DNA from: an uncultured Myxococcales bacterium
GTDB taxonomy: Bacteria; Desulfobacterota; Binatia; UBA1149; SPBQ01
Reading direction: 5' to 3'
DNA: 64,000 nucleotides
Assembly (NCBI GenBank): GCA_964555245.1
Contig: CAZKRI010000032.1
Coordinates: 93,239 to 157,238 of the forward strand
Shown here: one piece after another, positions 1-8,862 of the stretch
Numbering within the stretch: position 1 is the first letter of the stretch
Layout of the letters: every line of letters starts with the position of its first letter
The notes under the pieces: generated by a model
Told to the model about the DNA's origin: nothing
Seen by the model: the letters and a program-made list of their open reading frames with translations, nothing else
Databases searched by the model: none
Made by a program: the position numbers and the translations under genes

Positions 1-29
1 CGCCCTCGGCTACGTGGACTGAGGCGGCG

Positions 30-608
30 TCATCGCCCCGCGCTGGCCGCTTCGGTTTTGAAGTACACGATATACGACAGCACGCGGCCGACCAGGAGCT
101 GGGCCTGTTCTCGAGCCGGAGCCGCGTTGCCGTTCCGTGCGACTGCGTCCGGGCCAACGTTCCACGCCGCCGCCATGAGGTCGAGACGGCCGTCGAACTG
201 GCGGCCGTAGCTCGCACTGAGAAAGCAGGCGATCAGGATGTTGATCGCAGGGTCGTGGAGGCCCTCGAGCGTGAGCGCGCCGAGCATGCGCTCGTCGACG
301 TAGCTAAAATCGAAGCCGCTGGTGATCAGCCGCTGGGCGGCCGTGCGGCCGGTGACGGGCAGAATCTGCGTGAGACCGATCGCGCCGCTCGATGAGACCG
401 CTCGCGGGTCGCCGGAAGACTCCGCCAGAATGAGGGCGCGGATGTAGTCCGCCGGCACGGTGGTGTCATCGTAGCTCAGAGCCGAGAAGTAGCGGATGTA
501 CCGGTCGATCTCGCGAAGGCGGGCCAGTTCCGTCGACGATGGCTTCCGCGCGGTAACATCAGCTGCCGCCAGCGGCTGAGCCCACAGCACCGCCACCAAA
601 CCCGCCAT
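30..608 (-). CDS. Lytic transglycosylase (SLT domain) with N-terminal signal peptide. Start chosen at MAGLVAVLW (ATG 608) rather than the longer upstream frame.
   Basis: Motif AESSGDPRAVSSSGAIGLTQI matches the SLT catalytic ES...GLMQ region. Hydrophobic N-terminus after the internal Met. Confidence 0.75.
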   Translation of the reverse strand: MAGLVAVLWAQPLAAADVTARKPSSTELARLREIDRYIRYFSALSYDDTTVPADYIRALILAESSGDPRAVSSSGAIGLTQILPVTGRTAAQRLITSGFDFSYVDERMLGALTLEGLHDPAINILIACFLSASYGRQFDGRLDLMAAAWNVGPDAVARNGNAAPAREQAQLLVGRVLSYIVYFKTEAASAGR

Positions 609-786
609 GGCGAGCCCCCGCGGGATCGGCTTGGCGCGGCGCAGGGACGCACGCCTCCCCCAACCGACTCCTCCCACCGCTACCGATGGTTGCGGAAAGC
701 GAGACCGAGGGCAACAGATCCAAGGGGCTGGTGAGAAAGGGGCCGCGGCGGGCCCGCGCGTTAGCGCAGGCCCGCCGTCGTGGGCG

Positions 787-3700
787 TCAGAAGTTCAATA
801 GATGCCAGCCGCTACGCTGCTGGGTCCAGATGCTGGTGATGGAAGCCACGTCGTCGACCCCGGCAATCTGCAGCGTCATTTCCGGCATGACCGCCGCTCC
901 GAAATCGTTGAACGCCTTAACCTTGAAGATGTACCACCAGTTGGCGTCGAGCTTCTTCACCTTGATGGCAACCAGGAACAGGCCGTTGCGCAGGCCCGGG
1001 CTGTCCTTCGCCGAACGGTCTCGGAAACGGAAGCGCCCGTTCTGGCGGAAGATCAGATCGCCGGGCAACAGCTCGCCACGGTAGATCGTGGCGACGTCAT
1101 TGGAGAGCAGGACGCGGAAGCCGTCGGCGACCGGGTTGATGAGCGCCGGATTGACCACGACGCGCCCACGCAGCTTCAACAGATCCTTCCCTACCGGACT
1201 CAAGCGGATCACGCCCGGATCCTGGGCGATCACCTTGCATGCACTGACCTCGTTGCAGGTCGCGCCGCAGGTCGGAGCACTGGAGGCGTCGCAGCCGCTG
1301 TCCTCGCAATCGATCAGGCTGTCACCGTCATCGTCGATGAGGTTGTCGCAGATCTCCACGGCGGGCGGATCGCATTCTTCACCGCAGGCCACGTCGAGCA
1401 TGCCGTCGCCACAGGTGGTTCCGGCCGCAACGCAGATCCCGGCCACGCAGGCATCATCGGGTGTGCAGGCGTCACCGTCGTCGCACCCGAGGCCTTCGTT
1501 CATCGGCACCACGTCGCATGCGTTGGCCGCCTCGTCGCAGAACCCGGTGCCGCAGCTGCTGGTCAGGGGAGAACAGTCGATCGTGGTGCCAACGTTGCAA
1601 GCCCCACCGGCGGCGCAGCGCTCACGCCCGTCGCAGAACAGGCCGTTGTCGCACAACGCATCGTTGGGCGTGACGCTGCAGACGTTGAGGATCTCGTTGC
1701 AGAACCCTACGGCGCAGCCGACGGTCGCCCCCGAACAGTCCACGCGCGGGCCACTCCCGCAGCCGAACTGCGGGTCGCAAATCTCGGCCCCGTCACAGAA
1801 CAGGCCGTTGTCGCACAGCGTGTTGTCGGTCGTATTCTCGCAGAGGTCGGTGGTCTCGTTACAGGTATCGACCGTGCAGGAGATGGCGTCGGCGCAATCG
1901 ATCGCCGTACCCGCAACGCAGCCCACTCCGACCTGACAGATCTCGACGCCGTTACAGAACAGCGTGTCGTCGCACAGCGTGTCGTCCGGCGTGCTCACGC
2001 AGATGTTATTCACGTCGTCGCAGATCTCCACGGTGCATGGAATGCCGTCGTCGCAGGCCGGGCCGGTGCCGGGCTGACAGCCCAGCAGCAGGTCGCAGGT
2101 CTCACCGCCGTTGCAGGTGACACCGTCGCTGCACAAGACGTCGGCAGGCACGTTGACGCAGCGGCGCCCGGCTTCGTCGCAGCCATCGATGGTGCAGGTG
2201 ATCGCATCGTTGCAGGTGACGGGCACACCCGAGAGGCAGCCGGCAAACAGATCGCAGGTTTCCGCACCGTCACAGAACAGACCGTTGTCGCACAGCGAGT
2301 TGGCCGGCACGTGCGAGCACGTATCCGCAACCTCGTCGCAGGCGTCGACCGTGCAACCGATGCCGTCACTGCAAGCAACCGTCGCTCCGGCCTGGCAACC
2401 GGCGGTTGCGCTGCACACTTCGGCCCCGTTGCAGAACAACCCGTCGTTGCAGAGGCTGTTGGTGGGAACGTTCACACAGGCATTGGCAACGGTGTTGCAT
2501 GCGTCGATCGTGCACACGATGCCGTCGTTGCAGGTGGGCGCAGCCCCGGCCTGACATCCGAGCAACGCGTCGCACACCTCCGTGCCGTTGCAGAAGAAGC
2601 CGTCGTTGCACGCCACGTTATTCGGAGCGTTCACGCACGAGTCGAGCGTCTCGTTGCAACTGTCGGTCGTGCACGCGACAGCGTCGCCGCAATTGACCGG
2701 TGCACCGGCCTGGCAGTCGTTTATGACATCGCAGGTTTCTGGCCCGTTGCAAAAGAGCCCGTCGTCGCAGATCGCGTTGTTCGCAATATGGGTACAGGTG
2801 TCGGTCGTCTCGTTGCACGCATCGGTCGTGCACCCGACGCTGTCGTTGCAGTTGACCAGCGCAGCGGCCTGACAACCGATCAACGCATTGCACGTCTCGA
2901 CGCCGTTGCAGAACAGGCCGTCATCGCACAAGGCATTGCTCGTGGTGTTGAGGCACTGGTCGCCAATCTCATCGCAACTGTCAACCGTGCAGCTCACACC
3001 GTCGCTGCAATTGACAGGAGTGCCCAGTTGGCAACCCAGCAGCGCGTTGCAGGTCTCGACGCCGTTGCAGAACTGGCCATCGTTGCAGACCGCATTGTTC
3101 GGCGTGTTGTCACACTGGTCCGTGGACTCGTTACAGGAGTCGGTCGTGCATGCCACCGAATCGGTGCAGCTCACCGGAGTGCCCGCCTGGCAGCCCAACG
3201 TTGCGTTGCAAGACTCCACGCCATTGCAGAACTGGCCGTCGCTGCAGGCTGCATTGCTCGGCGTGTTGTCGCAGGCGTCGGTCGCTTCGTTGCAAGCGTC
3301 GATCGTGCAGGCCACCCCGTCGTCGCAGTTGACTGCGGTGCCGACCTGGCAGCCCAACGTGGCGTTGCAGGCCTCCGCCCCGTTGCAGAACAGACCGTCG
3401 TCGCAGACCGCGTTGTTCGGCGTGTTGTCGCAGGCATCGGTCGCTTCGTTGCAAGCGTCGATCGTGCAGGCCACCCCGTCGTCGCAATTGACTGAGGTGC
3501 CGACCTGGCAGCCCAACGTGGCGTTGCAGGCCTCCGCCCCGTTGCAGAACAGACCGTCGTCGCAGACCGCGTTGTTCGGCGTGTTGTCGCAGGCATCGGT
3601 CGCTTCGTTGCAAGCGTCGTTCGTGCAGGCCACCCCGTCGTCGCAATTGACTGAGGTGCCGACCTGGCAGCCCAACGTGGCGCTGCAGGTCTCCGCCCCG

Positions 3701-4350
3701 TTGCAGAACAGACCGTCGTCGCAGACCGCGTTGTTCGGCGTGTTGTCGCAGGCATCGGTCGCTTCGTTGCAAGCGTCGACCGTGCAGGCCACCCCGTCGT
3801 CGCAACTGACTGGGGTGCCAGCCTGGCAGCCCAACGTGGCGTTGCAGATCTCCGCACCGTTACAGAACGCCCCGTCGTCGCAGGCCGCGTCGTTGGGCGT
3901 GTTGTCGCAGGCGTCGGTCGCTTCGTTGCAAGCGTCGATCGTGCAGGCCACCCCGTCGTCGCAGTTGACCGGGGTGCCCGCCTGGCAGCCCAACGTGGCG
4001 TTGCAGGTTTCGGCCCCGTTGCAGAACGCCCCGTCATCGCAGGCCGCGTCGTTGGGCGTATTGTCGCAGGCGTCGGTCGCTTCGTTGCAAGCGTCGATCG
4101 TGCAGGCAACCCCGTCGTCACAGGTCACCGCGGTGCCACCGGTACAGGTCGCGGCCTGACAGGTTTCGCCGGTGTTGCAGAACAAACCGTCGTCACAAGG
4201 CTGCAGGTCGCAGCTCGGGTCGAGGCAGTCGACGAGTAGATCGCCGTCGTTATCGATACCGTCGGTGCAGTCGCTCTCGGCGAGCGCAGTCCCGGGCGCA
4301 AGCACGGCAGCAAAGAGGAAGGCAAGCAGGAAACGCCTCGTGTGTCGCAT
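787..4350 (-). CDS. Giant secreted cysteine-rich tandem-repeat protein: signal peptide, about 18 units of a 53-54 aa CDDGxxCTxDxC-type repeat (resembles Dictyostelium-type CTDC and myxobacterial Cys-rich repeats), then a non-repetitive C-terminal domain of roughly 160 aa.
   Basis: Start at MRHTRRFLLAFLFAAVLAPGTALA (ATG 4350). Repeats CDDGVACTIDACNEATDACDNTPNNAVCDDGLFCNGAE(A/T)CNATLGCQ. Element CGDGMLDVACGEECDPP resembles a myxo-type Cys repeat. N-terminal CTDGIDNDGDLLVDC resembles the MopE-like metal-binding motif. Confidence 0.7.
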   Translation of the reverse strand: MRHTRRFLLAFLFAAVLAPGTALAESDCTDGIDNDGDLLVDCLDPSCDLQPCDDGLFCNTGETCQAATCTGGTAVTCDDGVACTIDACNEATDACDNTPNDAACDDGAFCNGAETCNATLGCQAGTPVNCDDGVACTIDACNEATDACDNTPNDAACDDGAFCNGAEICNATLGCQAGTPVSCDDGVACTVDACNEATDACDNTPNNAVCDDGLFCNGAETCSATLGCQVGTSVNCDDGVACTNDACNEATDACDNTPNNAVCDDGLFCNGAEACNATLGCQVGTSVNCDDGVACTIDACNEATDACDNTPNNAVCDDGLFCNGAEACNATLGCQVGTAVNCDDGVACTIDACNEATDACDNTPSNAACSDGQFCNGVESCNATLGCQAGTPVSCTDSVACTTDSCNESTDQCDNTPNNAVCNDGQFCNGVETCNALLGCQLGTPVNCSDGVSCTVDSCDEIGDQCLNTTSNALCDDGLFCNGVETCNALIGCQAAALVNCNDSVGCTTDACNETTDTCTHIANNAICDDGLFCNGPETCDVINDCQAGAPVNCGDAVACTTDSCNETLDSCVNAPNNVACNDGFFCNGTEVCDALLGCQAGAAPTCNDGIVCTIDACNTVANACVNVPTNSLCNDGLFCNGAEVCSATAGCQAGATVACSDGIGCTVDACDEVADTCSHVPANSLCDNGLFCDGAETCDLFAGCLSGVPVTCNDAITCTIDGCDEAGRRCVNVPADVLCSDGVTCNGGETCDLLLGCQPGTGPACDDGIPCTVEICDDVNNICVSTPDDTLCDDTLFCNGVEICQVGVGCVAGTAIDCADAISCTVDTCNETTDLCENTTDNTLCDNGLFCDGAEICDPQFGCGSGPRVDCSGATVGCAVGFCNEILNVCSVTPNDALCDNGLFCDGRERCAAGGACNVGTTIDCSPLTSSCGTGFCDEAANACDVVPMNEGLGCDDGDACTPDDACVAGICVAAGTTCGDGMLDVACGEECDPPAVEICDNLIDDDGDSLIDCEDSGCDASSAPTCGATCNEVSACKVIAQDPGVIRLSPVGKDLLKLRGRVVVNPALINPVADGFRVLLSNDVATIYRGELLPGDLIFRQNGRFRFRDRSAKDSPGLRNGLFLVAIKVKKLDANWWYIFKVKAFNDFGAAVMPEMTLQIAGVDDVASITSIWTQQRSGWHLLNF
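3191..4144. repeat. Six near-identical tandem copies of a 159-bp (53-codon) unit inside the giant repeat gene. Unit starts at 3191, 3350, 3509, 3668, 3827 and 3986. More diverged copies extend back to about 1200.
   Basis: Direct reading: cagcccaacgtggcgttgcaggcctccgccccgttgcagaacagaccgtcgtcgcagaccgcgttgttcggcgtgttgtcgcaggc... recurs with only a few substitutions at a 159-nt period. Confidence 0.85.
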
Positions 4351-4741
4351 GGATCGTCCTGGCTGTTGGTCTATGCCGAGTGCACAGGCATGGCGATGCA
4401 CAGCACCCACGGTCGGAGAAAGCCGATCTCAGCGTAAACACCATCGGCTCTGACTTGGGATACTGTTGCGCGCCAGCCCGCGATCGGCGGCGCGAAGGCT
4501 GGCCGTCAGCGCGAGCGCGGCCTCTCACCGGCGCTCGCCGACGACAGAAAAAACTCCTTGAATCACGCGGGTTTTGCGCGGACGCGTCGGTCGATGCGTC
4601 CGCAACATTGCGGGGAATCGCCCGCGCCCGGCCCGAATCGACACATAACGCGGGCTCGTCTCCACTGGCCGCCCCGAACGGGGGTGCGGCTAGCCGGAGC
4701 CGCGGTGGCCGCGTCGGACCGTGCTCGAAAGGTGGCCTGCC

Positions 4742-5092
4742 TCAGGCAACGGCCTGAACGGGAACGCCGTCGCTGCTTTGATCGGCCAGACGGCTGATGG
4801 TGCGCGTGAAGTACGCAGCCGCCCCCTCCGACAGCTCTCCCGCGCCCAGCCTCTGACGGGTCTCCGCCAGGGCATAGTAAACCAGGCTGTCCGGAATACG
4901 GGCCGCGAGCTGCTCATAGAGCGCGACCGGCTCCCGATCGCCGCAGAGATCCAGGATTTCCTGCGCGACGGCCGCCCGCGAGTTGGCCTGAGCCCGGCTG
5001 AAGTCGGCCAGCCTGTGTGACTGCTCCTGAATCAGCAGAACCAGAGCGAGGCCAACGGATATCCAAATGACTGCTGTGGCTAGTGCGTCCAC
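4742..5092 (-). CDS. Hypothetical small membrane-anchored protein (N-terminal TM helix VDALATAVIWISVGLALVLLI). Start assigned to GTG 5092, preceded by GGGAGG. The frame stays open up to TTG 5140.
   Basis: Frame looks like coding codon usage. RBS-like GGGAGG 6 nt upstream of the GTG. No recognisable family. Confidence 0.35.
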   Translation of the reverse strand: MDALATAVIWISVGLALVLLIQEQSHRLADFSRAQANSRAAVAQEILDLCGDREPVALYEQLAARIPDSLVYYALAETRQRLGAGELSEGAAAYFTRTISRLADQSSDGVPVQAVA

Positions 5093-5338
5093 AACCTGCC
5101 TCCCAGCGCGGATGCGTACCGCGTGTCTGCCAAGGAGCAATCGTCGTGCCTACGGCGATTGCTCCGCCTGACTCCGAAGATACGCACCTTGGTCGGCAAC
5201 TCCGCATGGCGGACCGCAGGTCAATCCTCAATCTGCTGTGTCGATTTTGTGACGGTCGAGACTTCGACCGTTCCCGCTCTGGGAGTCCTTTCTGCTAGAG
5301 TGAGCCGGCCCAGGCCAACAACGGGGAGAACGCTAGAG

Positions 5339-6334
5339 ATGAATACGGTTGCCTTGCGCTCGTTCGTGGCATCGTCGGTGGTGGCGGTTTGGTTGTCGGT
5401 TGCTGGGACCGCGAGCGCCGGTCTCGGCGATTGCGCCCAACCGTTGTCCACCGGCCCTTCCCCGCTGGCCACCGACTGCCTGTTCATCCTGCGAGTGGTC
5501 GTAGGGTTGCTCACCTGCCCCTCCGATCCCTGTGTTTGCGCCCCCAAGGGGACCCTTCCTGCGTCGGCCACCGACGCGCTTCTCTGTCTCAGGGTGGCGA
5601 CGGGACAGCCACTTCCGTTGAGCTGTCCGTGTGGCGGTAACGGGTGCGATCAGAGCCAGATCCCCGAGTGCGGTGGAACCTGCGGGGACGAAGGACGCAC
5701 CTGCGCGCCGGATCCGTTCGATCCTGGGCATTGCACCTGCCTCAATGCGTGTGAACAGAGCGCAGCGCCGGCTTGCGGCGTGAGCTGCGCAGACATCGGA
5801 TTCCCGGATGAGCAATGTCTGCCGGTCACTCGTACGCCGCAGGGCCAGCCGTCGACCGAGGCTTGTGCGTGCTTGCCGGCCGACCTCGTCAGTTGCGCGA
5901 ACGCCGCTGCGCCGGCTTGTGAAGGTATTTGCCAGGCAGGCAGCACCTGTGAGGACACCGGCGGCGGCTGCGCGTGCACTGCGCAGCCGGTGCAGGGCCC
6001 TTGTGGTGGCGCCTCACCTCCGGCCTGCGCCGGCACCTGCACGGACGGCTTCATCTGCGAAACCTCCGGCGCCGGCTGCGCGTGCGTCGCGTACGTAGGA
6101 CAGCCGGCGAGTTGCTTCGAAGCCGGCGCTCCCGTCTGCGGCGGTACCTGCGCGTCGGGCGATCTGTGCGCCGTCGAAGTTCTCGGCTCGTGCGAATGTC
6201 TGGCACCCTGCGAGGTTTCACCGGCCCCCGCATGCGGCGGCGACTGCCCGAGCGGTGGCACCTGCACCGCCGTGACCGTGAGCACCTCGACCGTGATGCT
6301 CGAGCTCTGTGCTTGCGAGCCGGCCGGCAACTGA
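5339..6334 (+). CDS. Secreted cysteine-rich protein. Signal peptide, then an internally duplicated segment (ATDCLFILRVVVGLL / ATDALLCLRVATGQPL), then about 7 copies of a roughly 30-aa PACxGxCxxGxxCxxxxGCAC repeat.
   Basis: ATG 5339 preceded by GGGGAG. MNTVALRSFVASSVVAVWLSVAGTASA is signal-like. The repeat is read directly from the translation. Confidence 0.65.
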   Translation: MNTVALRSFVASSVVAVWLSVAGTASAGLGDCAQPLSTGPSPLATDCLFILRVVVGLLTCPSDPCVCAPKGTLPASATDALLCLRVATGQPLPLSCPCGGNGCDQSQIPECGGTCGDEGRTCAPDPFDPGHCTCLNACEQSAAPACGVSCADIGFPDEQCLPVTRTPQGQPSTEACACLPADLVSCANAAAPACEGICQAGSTCEDTGGGCACTAQPVQGPCGGASPPACAGTCTDGFICETSGAGCACVAYVGQPASCFEAGAPVCGGTCASGDLCAVEVLGSCECLAPCEVSPAPACGGDCPSGGTCTAVTVSTSTVMLELCACEPAGN

Positions 6335-6552
6335 AACGGCTCGACACCCCCGGTGGGGTGGAGTGGCGCGAGGCCTCGCGATCAACGCGATCGCCATGCG
6401 CGGGGCGGAGCCGAAGCGATCATTCATCGTCGCGGCTAGAAAACCCTTGACCCAAGCTCGCCGTTCGCTATACACGGCATGCCGCCCGGCAGCCCGAGCT
6501 CGCTGGTGGATGCAGCGCGGCGTGCGACGCTTTTACCATCGGGCACTGCCGT

Positions 6553-7956
6553 ATGCGCCATACCTGCGCTTTCCACCCAGCCCTTACGCGTGGGGTTACC
6601 TCATTCTCAGCGCTGATTGCCGTCCTCGCTCTGTGCCTGACGGCACTTGAGCGCTCGGCCGAGGCCAGCCCGGCGTTCATTCCCGACATCTTCAGCGACG
6701 GAATGGTCCTGCAGCGCAACTCGCCCGCACCCGTATGGGGTGAGGCTGCGCCCGACGAACAAATCACCGTCACGTTCAATGGCCAGGAGAAGTCGGCGTT
6801 CAGTAACGGTGTGGGCGAATGGATCGTGCATCTGGATCCCATGCCGGGCGGTGGCCCCTTCGATCTGACGATCTCGAGCTCGAGCGAGAACAGAATCATC
6901 CACGACGTGCTGATCGGCGAGGTCTGGCTGTGCAGCGGTCAGTCCAACATGTCGCTCTCGCGCGTCAAGCACGACGTGCTCAACCAGTACCGCTCGCAGG
7001 TTCGCGGGATCACACGTGTGGGCTGGTCCGATCGTCCCGGTCTGATTGCGTTCCAGTTCGGGCTGGATTTGAGCAACGCGCTGGGCGTGCCGGTCGGTCT
7101 GATCAACAACGCGAAGCGCGGGTCGAGGCTCCGCTCATGGTTGCCGGTGTCGGCGCTCAACGACCCCGACCCGCAGGTCGCCGCCATCGCCTCGGCGTGG
7201 CTGCCGCCCTGGGGAGAGAACTATCCCCTTCGGATGGGTCCATACCTGCGCTACGGCATCCGCGGGGTCGCATGGTGGCAAGGCGAGACGGATCTGCAAT
7301 CGGCTGGCGAGCATCGCCATATCCTTCCAGCGTTCATCCGTGCGCTGCGCGCGGAATGGGGGATTGGCAACTTCCCTTTCCTGTTCGTGCAGACTCCCAC
7401 CGGCCGCGGCCTGCAGCTCGGCAACGCCGCCAAATCGCTGCCAACTAATCCCAACGGCTCACCCCAGGCCGCCGTCCTGCGCAACGCATTCATCACCGCG
7501 TTGCAGGAGCCGAACACGGGAATGGTCGTCACGACTGACTTGGACGGCGGCACGCATCCGCCCAAGCCAGCGCGGCCTACCTATGCGCACCGCCTTGCCG
7601 ACGTGGCGCTAGCCGAGGTCTACGGTCAGAGCTTCATCTACTCGGGCCCGATCTTCCGATCGGCCGTGCTGGAAGGGAACCAGGTTCGCGTGAGCTTCAG
7701 GTCGAACACTTCCGGCGGGCTTTTCGCTCCGGGAGGCGCCCAGCTGCAGGGCTTCGCGCTGTCGGCGGACGGGCAGAGCTACGTCTGGGCAGACGCCGAG
7801 ATCGTCGGCAACGACGTGATCGTCTGGAGCGATCAGGTGCCTGCGCCCGTTGCCATCCGTTACGGCTACGCAACTCGGCCGGCATGGGCGAACCTGTTCA
7901 ACACCAGCGGTATGGGTGCTGCGCCGTTCGCAGCCGCGGTCACGCCCGGTCCCTGA
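6553..7956 (+). CDS. Sialate O-acetylesterase-like carbohydrate esterase (SASA / SGNH-type) with signal peptide.
   Basis: GEVWLCSGQSNM active-site Ser motif and overall SASA-like layout. N-terminal hydrophobic segment. Confidence 0.75.
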   Translation: MRHTCAFHPALTRGVTSFSALIAVLALCLTALERSAEASPAFIPDIFSDGMVLQRNSPAPVWGEAAPDEQITVTFNGQEKSAFSNGVGEWIVHLDPMPGGGPFDLTISSSSENRIIHDVLIGEVWLCSGQSNMSLSRVKHDVLNQYRSQVRGITRVGWSDRPGLIAFQFGLDLSNALGVPVGLINNAKRGSRLRSWLPVSALNDPDPQVAAIASAWLPPWGENYPLRMGPYLRYGIRGVAWWQGETDLQSAGEHRHILPAFIRALRAEWGIGNFPFLFVQTPTGRGLQLGNAAKSLPTNPNGSPQAAVLRNAFITALQEPNTGMVVTTDLDGGTHPPKPARPTYAHRLADVALAEVYGQSFIYSGPIFRSAVLEGNQVRVSFRSNTSGGLFAPGGAQLQGFALSADGQSYVWADAEIVGNDVIVWSDQVPAPVAIRYGYATRPAWANLFNTSGMGAAPFAAAVTPGP

Positions 7957-8019
7957 AGCGCCCTGCAACCCGCAGCGCACTCCGCGCCCGTCGACGCAGC
8001 CTGCCCCCCCCTCGATCGC

Positions 8020-8859
8020 CTATCCGAAGTACGCCGCGGCGAAGTCGCGTAGGCCGTCGCGCGCCTCCGGCGACCGTCGCCAGGGTGCGACGATCAGCCG
8101 GTCGACACCGGCTCGTCGCCACAGCTCAATCTCATCGCGGCCGCGCACATCCGCCATCACCGTGACCGTGAAACACTCGGCAAGCCGGCCAGCCTGGGCA
8201 CGCAACTCGCGCAGCCTAGCCACCGGTCGCGCCACGCTCGCCGGGGTGTGTTGAAGTCCGATCCAGCCGTCGCCCGCGACCGCCGCACGGCGCAGCGCGG
8301 CTTCGGACTCCCCGCCGACGTGAAGCGGCGGCCAGGGTTTTTGCGTCGGCTTGGGCTCGAACACCACCGGTTCGAACGTGAAAAACTCCCCGTGGTGCTC
8401 TACCACCGGCTCGCTCCAGAGCCGCTTGCAGATGGCCAGCGCCTCATCCAACCGCCGCCCGCGGCTCGCGAAGTCGACGCCGGCGGCCCGGCACTCGCCG
8501 GCAAGCCAGCCGGCGCCGATGCCGATCTCCGCACGGCCCCCCGAAACGATGTCGAGAGTCTGCACGGCCCGCGCAGCGACGAAGGGATGCCTCAAGCCCA
8601 GCAGGTAGACGTGAGTCCCGAGCCGGACCGTGCGGGTCTGTCCTGCCAGGAAGGAAAGATACGCAAAACAGTCGAAGACCGGGGTGGTCGCGGCCACGGG
8701 AGGCTCGTTCAGGCCCGGGTGCGGTGAGCCCGACAGCGTCTCGGGGAAGATCAGGTGCTCAGGCAGCCACACCGATTCGAAACCGAGCCGCTCGGCCTCG
8801 ATGGCGACCGCCAGATGGAAGGCGGGGTTGAGCCGTCCGAGCGCGACGCCGAACCTCAT
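8020..8859 (-). CDS. Luciferase-like monooxygenase (LLM) / F420-dependent oxidoreductase family protein.
   Basis: MRFGVALGRLNPAFHLAVAIEAERLGFESVWLPEHL is a typical LLM N-terminus. TIM-barrel-like family pattern. Confidence 0.75.
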   Translation of the reverse strand: MRFGVALGRLNPAFHLAVAIEAERLGFESVWLPEHLIFPETLSGSPHPGLNEPPVAATTPVFDCFAYLSFLAGQTRTVRLGTHVYLLGLRHPFVAARAVQTLDIVSGGRAEIGIGAGWLAGECRAAGVDFASRGRRLDEALAICKRLWSEPVVEHHGEFFTFEPVVFEPKPTQKPWPPLHVGGESEAALRRAAVAGDGWIGLQHTPASVARPVARLRELRAQAGRLAECFTVTVMADVRGRDEIELWRRAGVDRLIVAPWRRSPEARDGLRDFAAAYFG

Positions 8860-8862
8860 CGG

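Noticed and set aside
802-4159. Large plus-strand ORFs (802..3495, 1088..1936, 2111..2554, 2888..4159) and the minus-strand ORF 3171..4121 overlapping the giant repeat gene
   Set aside because: They are alternative or antisense frames of the 159-bp tandem repeat. Translations are Ala/Arg/Gln/Ser low-complexity with repeat periodicity inherited from the real minus-strand Cys-repeat frame. The Cys-rich frame has a signal peptide and a coherent domain structure.
5339-5700. Calling the N-terminal duplicated segment of the 5339..6334 protein a dockerin
   Set aside because: Only the helical ATDxLxxLRVxxG segment resembles dockerin. The Ca-binding DxNxDG loops are absent, so the resemblance is mentioned only as a hint.
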